DNA of 64,000 nt from Myxococcales bacterium (GTDB lineage: Bacteria > Myxococcota_A > Polyangia > Polyangiales > DASUME01): NCBI GenBank assembly GCA_047601445.1, contig JASGJH010000001.1:8448001-8512000 (forward strand), in the 5' to 3' direction. Made by a program: the position numbers and the translations under genes. A model generated the notes under the pieces. It was not told where the DNA came from. It ran no database searches and saw only the letters and a program-made list of their open reading frames with translations. Positions 59,567 through 64,000 of this stretch are shown one piece after another. Within the stretch, counting starts at the first letter, position 1, and each line of letters starts with the position of its first letter.

Positions 59567-60589
59567 ATGTTGCCAAGGAGAAGCGGCCTCGCGGCATCAA
59601 CCCGCGTGCAGCTCCATTCTACCTTCCTCCGTTTCGTTGCCCTGCTCACTCTCTGTGCCTGCTCCGGGGCTGGTCCGCACCCCACGGTCGTTGGAGACGG
59701 CGACGCTGGCGCGTCCAACTCGTCGTCGCGGGATGGAGGCAGCGGGGCGGACTCGCAGGGAGATCATGGAGACGGTGATGAAGGCGAAGCCTCGTCTTCG
59801 CTGAAGGCTCACATCGAGCGCGACCGCGTCACCGTGACGGTGGTGACGCTCGCCTGCGATGGTGCCTGCGCGGACGTCGTTGCGGTCGCCGAGGGCGGCT
59901 CTCCGCCCTACGCCTTCGCCTGGGAAGACGGGAGCAGGAATCCAGCGCGCCACGTGTGCCCGTCCGCCAATACACACTACGAAGTCACGGTAACCGATAG
60001 TTCCGCGGAGGCCCTCGAGTTTGCCGGGTCTACACAGACCGCCGTCGCCCAGGTAAGGGCGGAGCTGCTGAACTGCGCTGGCGATGGAGGAGCGCCCCAC
60101 GGCAACCCCGGAGACATCTGCCTGGACAACGGTACGTTCGCAGGAACCCCTCAAATCAACGTCTTCGGCACCCAATTCGACGCCAAATCCTGGTCCGCCT
60201 GCGCGTCGACGCCGGACATCTACGACAGCTCGATGCTCACGACGCCCCCTACCGACGGCCCCACAGCACTCCACCTGTCGAACGGCCCGAGCGAAGCCGT
60301 CTCACAGCAACTCTGCGCTCCGCTACGCGAGGGCAAGACCTACAGCATGGAGATCGACCTCCTTGCGTTTCAGGGGGCGCCGGAGCTGGCCGTGTACGGC
60401 GGTACGGCGTCCTGCGGAAAGACTCAGCCCCTCTGGCACTCCGCGCCGACCACGACGAGCTGGAAGACGTCCTGCTTCGAGTTCACCCCGAGCCAGGAGC
60501 TGTCCCATCTGGTGCTCGACGTGGTCACGAACAGCGAGTACGGCCGCATCGTTGTGGACAATTTGGTGCCTGTGGAGGCGTGTCCGTAG
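59567..60589 (+). CDS. Putative lipoprotein with beta-sandwich domains
   Basis: Lipobox LCAC; GGSPPYAFAW SprB-like motif; C-terminal jelly-roll-like region. Confidence 0.7.
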   Translation: MLPRRSGLAASTRVQLHSTFLRFVALLTLCACSGAGPHPTVVGDGDAGASNSSSRDGGSGADSQGDHGDGDEGEASSSLKAHIERDRVTVTVVTLACDGACADVVAVAEGGSPPYAFAWEDGSRNPARHVCPSANTHYEVTVTDSSAEALEFAGSTQTAVAQVRAELLNCAGDGGAPHGNPGDICLDNGTFAGTPQINVFGTQFDAKSWSACASTPDIYDSSMLTTPPTDGPTALHLSNGPSEAVSQQLCAPLREGKTYSMEIDLLAFQGAPELAVYGGTASCGKTQPLWHSAPTTTSWKTSCFEFTPSQELSHLVLDVVTNSEYGRIVVDNLVPVEACP

Positions 60590-60677
60590 CGGAGCGCGCT
60601 GACGTTGTGCTCGGGCCTTCGGCCTAGGTCTCTCGTCCGGATTCCCAGAGATCCAGATGGCCCACTAAGCTGTCCGT

Positions 60678-62078
60678 GTGCCCAGTCGCAAAGTGCTTGA
60701 TGTTGGTGCGCCCCTAGGCGCAAGACACTCCGCAACGGTCCGCGCGATCGCCTTGGCCGCGCTGACTTGGGCGTCGCCAACGCGAGCCGAGACGGGAGTC
60801 GCCGACCCGCGTGCGCTGCCAACCACCGAGCTAGGTTGGGACTACCAGGGCCGCCTCGCGGCGGCGAGCGCGGGCGCCCACGCGGCGAGCTATTTCTATG
60901 CGGCAGGCGTGGACCGAGCGATCGAAGTGCATGATGGGAGCCTGAGCTACTTCGTGGGACCGAACTTCGAAGTGCACGATGGCGTTGCGGTCACGTATGT
61001 CCGCTCGGGCGCACGTCGCGTCGCGCGCACGCGCACGAGCACGTTGCAGACAGGGCTGATCGAGGACCCCGCGGCAGCACCGAACCCGCGAATCGATGTC
61101 GGAGATGCCTGGCTAGCGAGTACACTGGGGAAGGAGTCCCTTCGCCAGCTCTACGCCAGCGTGCGCCGACTGCTGCTCGAGAGCAGTCCAGGAACGGCGT
61201 ATCTGCATCATGATCATCTCGGCAGCTTGAGCTTGGCGACAGGAGCCGCGGCCGAGCTGCGCGGGCAATGTGCCTTCCACGTGGTTAGGGAAGCCAAGGA
61301 GTGCCATGGCTTCGTCGACTCTTACGGCTTGACCGGCCAGCGGCACGATCCCACCACGCGGTTCGAACACTTTCCCTATCGCGAACTGGATTCACGCGCA
61401 GGGCGCTGGAATAGCGCGGATCCGCGGTTTCTCCGGGATGGAGAGCTGTGCCTTGCTCGGCCGTTCGAGTGTCGGAATGGATACTCGTACGTTACCAACA
61501 ATCCCATCGACGGCTTCGATCCAACGGGAGAGGCCGTGTACTTCGTCCGCACGGGCGAAGAAGTGACCTTCGTTTTTGAGTACGAGGAAGAGGAGGTGGT
61601 GCAGGGCGGGGAGGGCGACTACGAGGGGACTCGAGCTGGTTGGGATGAAATGAATCGCGAGTGGTTTGGGGTAAGGGGTCCAGTCGTGCTTGATGGGGCC
61701 CTGCAGCGCGCTTTCGAGCTTGCCAGCAGTGCAGGTGGAGAAACGGAGGATGTGGTCGATGAATCGACAACTTTCCACGTTCGCAAGACGGGCGCCGTTA
61801 GCTATACCCTCAACAGGCGATGGCATACCGTGTTCAGGATCATCAGCAGTCCGGAGCAGACCAAAATATTTCGTAACCTGCTTGGATCAGGGATCATGGC
61901 GAACGACGTCGCTGATCTGCAGAACGTGGATGAGTACGAGCCCGAAACTGACGCCGCGCGTGGAATCGCGATCTTCGCACGCATGATTGGTAGGCATGAG
62001 CAAAGGTTGCCTCGCGATCGTGTCGATGCGACCGGCTACGTCAGGCAGCTGAGCCGATTGCTCTCGCACGCAGAATAG
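60678..62078 (+). CDS. Orphan Rhs-core protein with C-terminal putative toxin domain (start uncertain)
   Basis: YLHHDHLGS, YGLTGQRHD, GRWNSADP, YSYVTNNPIDGFDPTG cleavage motif, then an unrelated 182-aa tail. Confidence 0.8.
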   Translation: MPSRKVLDVGAPLGARHSATVRAIALAALTWASPTRAETGVADPRALPTTELGWDYQGRLAAASAGAHAASYFYAAGVDRAIEVHDGSLSYFVGPNFEVHDGVAVTYVRSGARRVARTRTSTLQTGLIEDPAAAPNPRIDVGDAWLASTLGKESLRQLYASVRRLLLESSPGTAYLHHDHLGSLSLATGAAAELRGQCAFHVVREAKECHGFVDSYGLTGQRHDPTTRFEHFPYRELDSRAGRWNSADPRFLRDGELCLARPFECRNGYSYVTNNPIDGFDPTGEAVYFVRTGEEVTFVFEYEEEEVVQGGEGDYEGTRAGWDEMNREWFGVRGPVVLDGALQRAFELASSAGGETEDVVDESTTFHVRKTGAVSYTLNRRWHTVFRIISSPEQTKIFRNLLGSGIMANDVADLQNVDEYEPETDAARGIAIFARMIGRHEQRLPRDRVDATGYVRQLSRLLSHAE

Positions 62079-62105
62079 CCGCCTGGTGAACCGTCCTCGT
62101 CGTGA

Positions 62106-62280
62106 GGTCGCCTGACAGCCGCCAAAAGCGGGTCCCCACACGCCGAGCTATCTGTAAGCCCGGCAGCGTCGACCGCGTGATCGACGAGCGCGGTGGCAGC
62201 CCGACGCACTTCATCGGTCGGACCTTCGAGGTGCGCGACGCATCGCGGTGGCTTACCTGCGGCTGGGCGAGCTCCGGGTA
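62106..62280 (+). pseudogene. Decayed fragment of a second Rhs module
   Basis: GSVDRVIDERGGSPTHFIGRTFEVRD/IAVAYLRLGELRV aligns to AGVDRAIEVHDGSLSYFVGPNFEVHDGVAVTYVRSGARRV of the upstream Rhs; contains a stop and frameshifts. Confidence 0.7.
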
Positions 62281-62347
62281 GGTGGGGCACGATGGCCCGT
62301 AGAACTCGCTACCCCAAAAGTAAAAATCCCCGATACACGGGCTTTCT

Positions 62348-62391
62348 TGGTCGGGGTGGCTGAATTCGAACCAACGACATCTGGCTCCCAA
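62348..62391 (-). mobile_element. 3'-half tRNA-Pro fragment, probable att site of an integrated element
   Basis: Minus strand TTGGGAGCCAGATGTCGTTGGTTCGAATTCAGCCACCCCGACCA: anticodon loop, T-loop and acceptor 3' strand with CCA; no 5' half; terminator-like hairpin follows (about 62320-62346). Confidence 0.75.
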
Positions 62392-62633
62392 GGGGCGGTC
62401 AGGGTGATGCCGCAATCGCTTGCAATCACCCTGACCGGGTCGGTCTTTGCTGGCGCCCACGGCGCTCCTTGTGCACGGATAAGGTGCTCTATTGAAATTG
62501 CTGGTTTCTGTTCGAACTATGCGGTGAGAACGACCGACTGTAGAGTGCGTCACACACTTCCCGTGGCCCCCTTCGGAGACTTGTGGTCGCCGCCGCGCCC
62601 GCGAAGAAGTGAAACGAGAGAAAGGGAATCCTC

Positions 62634-63530
62634 ATGGCCCAAGTACCCGACGTGATGCCCATGTCTGGCGGCGAGTTTTTGACGGCTGCTCGGCTCTGCA
62701 ACTTTTCGACTGGTCAGGCGTTTCTCTTGGCCAAGCATCACACCTGGCTCCAGAAAGACCTGCTGAGAGCGGTTCGCCATTCGGTGGCGCCCTGGATCGA
62801 CGTGGTTGGATACGCCAGCAAGCTCGGCGACGCGAACTTCAACATGACGCTCTCCGGCCACCGCTGTGAGTCGGTCAAAAGGAACATTCGAGCCCACAGC
62901 AACCGCGCAACCTTCAATGTGGAGCTTCACAAGGGCGAGTCCGAGAGCATGGGCAACGAGTCAAACAACGATGGGTATTGGCGCTCAGTCGATGTGTACG
63001 TTTGGGGAAAGAAACCTCCGGTACCAGTTCGACCGCCCCCCGCCCCCATTCCCGCGCTCGGATCCATGGAGTTCGAGATTCGTGTAGTCGGTGGAGGTTC
63101 AGCCTCGATTGGCGTGCAAGCCGACAACTTCTTCTTTCAGATCGTCGACCTCAAAGGCCGCAAAACAGCCTTCTTTTTCTACACCGGTGTGGGGATGGGT
63201 ATTTCCATCCCAAAGATCCCCGGTCCGGGGTCGATGACCAAGGCCGGACCGCCCAGCCGCTTCGTTACCGCGCGGCCCGTGCAGCTTCACTCGTTCAACT
63301 CCAAGGCATCGTTGTATCAGGACCCGGGAGCCACCATCGGATCCTGGAGCTACGGTGGAACCATGCGCCTCAGCTTGAAAGAGCTGACCGATCACGATGG
63401 CTTCGTCGGCACGCGACCGGGAATCATTCCCATCGAAGGCGGACCAGGCATCCAAATGCCGGGCCTCGGCTCGTCCAGCGAAGGCACGCTCGCCTTAGTC
63501 AGCCAAGTTCTCCCGTTCACCGGGTACTAG
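62634..63530 (+). CDS. OmpA-like (peptidoglycan-binding fold) domain protein with unknown C-terminal domain
   Basis: VVGYASKLG...NMTLSGHRCESVK...GESES...WRSVDV; Pro-rich linker; no signal peptide. Confidence 0.72.
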   Translation: MAQVPDVMPMSGGEFLTAARLCNFSTGQAFLLAKHHTWLQKDLLRAVRHSVAPWIDVVGYASKLGDANFNMTLSGHRCESVKRNIRAHSNRATFNVELHKGESESMGNESNNDGYWRSVDVYVWGKKPPVPVRPPPAPIPALGSMEFEIRVVGGGSASIGVQADNFFFQIVDLKGRKTAFFFYTGVGMGISIPKIPGPGSMTKAGPPSRFVTARPVQLHSFNSKASLYQDPGATIGSWSYGGTMRLSLKELTDHDGFVGTRPGIIPIEGGPGIQMPGLGSSSEGTLALVSQVLPFTGY

Positions 63531-63599
63531 GACTACTTGATTGGGGCTTGGGTCTGCCAGGGCCTTGGATTTAGGGTGGAAGCTAAGCTGGACGAGCTG

Positions 63600-64000
63600 C
63601 AAAGTCAGGTCGAGGCAGGCCACGTGAGCTTCGATGAGCGGGCGTTGGCCGGCTGCCTCACCGCGCTGAAGCGGGCGCGCGAGTCGCATGGGTTCGTGGC
63701 ACTGGGAGGACTGCTTCGAGCCGTTCAAGGGCGCCCAGGAATGCGAGGCACCAGACGGTGCGTCGTATTACGTGCTCGGCGTGGACGCGGCCGGAGAGAG
63801 CACCGAGGACGGTGTGTGCTGGGCGCCGCCCAAGCGCAAGCTCGGCGAGCCTTGCGACAGCACTTGCCACACCGAGTACTGCGGCTCAACTTGGGGAGAC
63901 AGCACGGGCAAGAACCCAGGGCGTGTGCTTCTTGGCGGTTGGACTGTTCTGCGATCAATGGCAACGCAAGTGTCAGCATCTGGTCGCGCGCGGCGGAGCC
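63600..64000 (+). pseudogene. Possible decayed Cys-rich protein remnant
   Basis: Fragments in different frames (GCLTALKR, DCFEPFKG, ECEAPDG, KLGEPCDSTC); boundaries approximate. Confidence 0.3.

Noticed and set aside
62348..62420. Intact tRNA-Pro gene
   Set aside because: No D-arm or 5' acceptor strand; reported only as an att-like fragment
1..64000. CRISPR array, rRNA, transposase or integrase
   Set aside because: No regularly spaced repeats or recognisable motifs found by eye

Overview
High-GC bacterial chromosomal segment. The gene content (Cys-rich lipoproteins, PEGA/TPR and vWA lipoproteins, an ECF-FecR-TPR cassette) suggests Myxococcota, probably Polyangiales-like; this is an inference. 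About 45 CDSs are supported, mostly accessory: a 4Fe-4S/DmsC fusion, ppk2, a frameshifted MASE1-PAS hybrid kinase, a beta-propeller/di-heme cytochrome c lipoprotein, TetR-glycosyltransferase, 5'-nucleotidase, PrpE, patatin, three ECF sigma factors, haloalkane dehalogenase, phospholipase C, NarK, IlvA and many secreted proteins. Highlights: (1) a YcaO-TfuA thioamidation pair with a C-terminally extended TfuA, a divergent TPR protein and an unannotated 44-aa candidate precursor peptide with a strong RBS; (2) an ECF/FecR cassette flanked by two near-duplicate lipoproteins, with a shared GTGAGCCG-N13-CGRACACT promoter motif; (3) an orphan Rhs core-toxin gene, a decayed second Rhs copy and a 3'-half tRNA-Pro fragment that probably marks an island att junction near 62.35 kb; (4) several readable regulatory sites (three sigma54 promoters, an ECF41 promoter, TetR/ArsR/MarR operators). 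No rRNA, intact tRNA, CRISPR array, transposase or integrase was seen. All product calls come from motif recognition by eye, not database searches.
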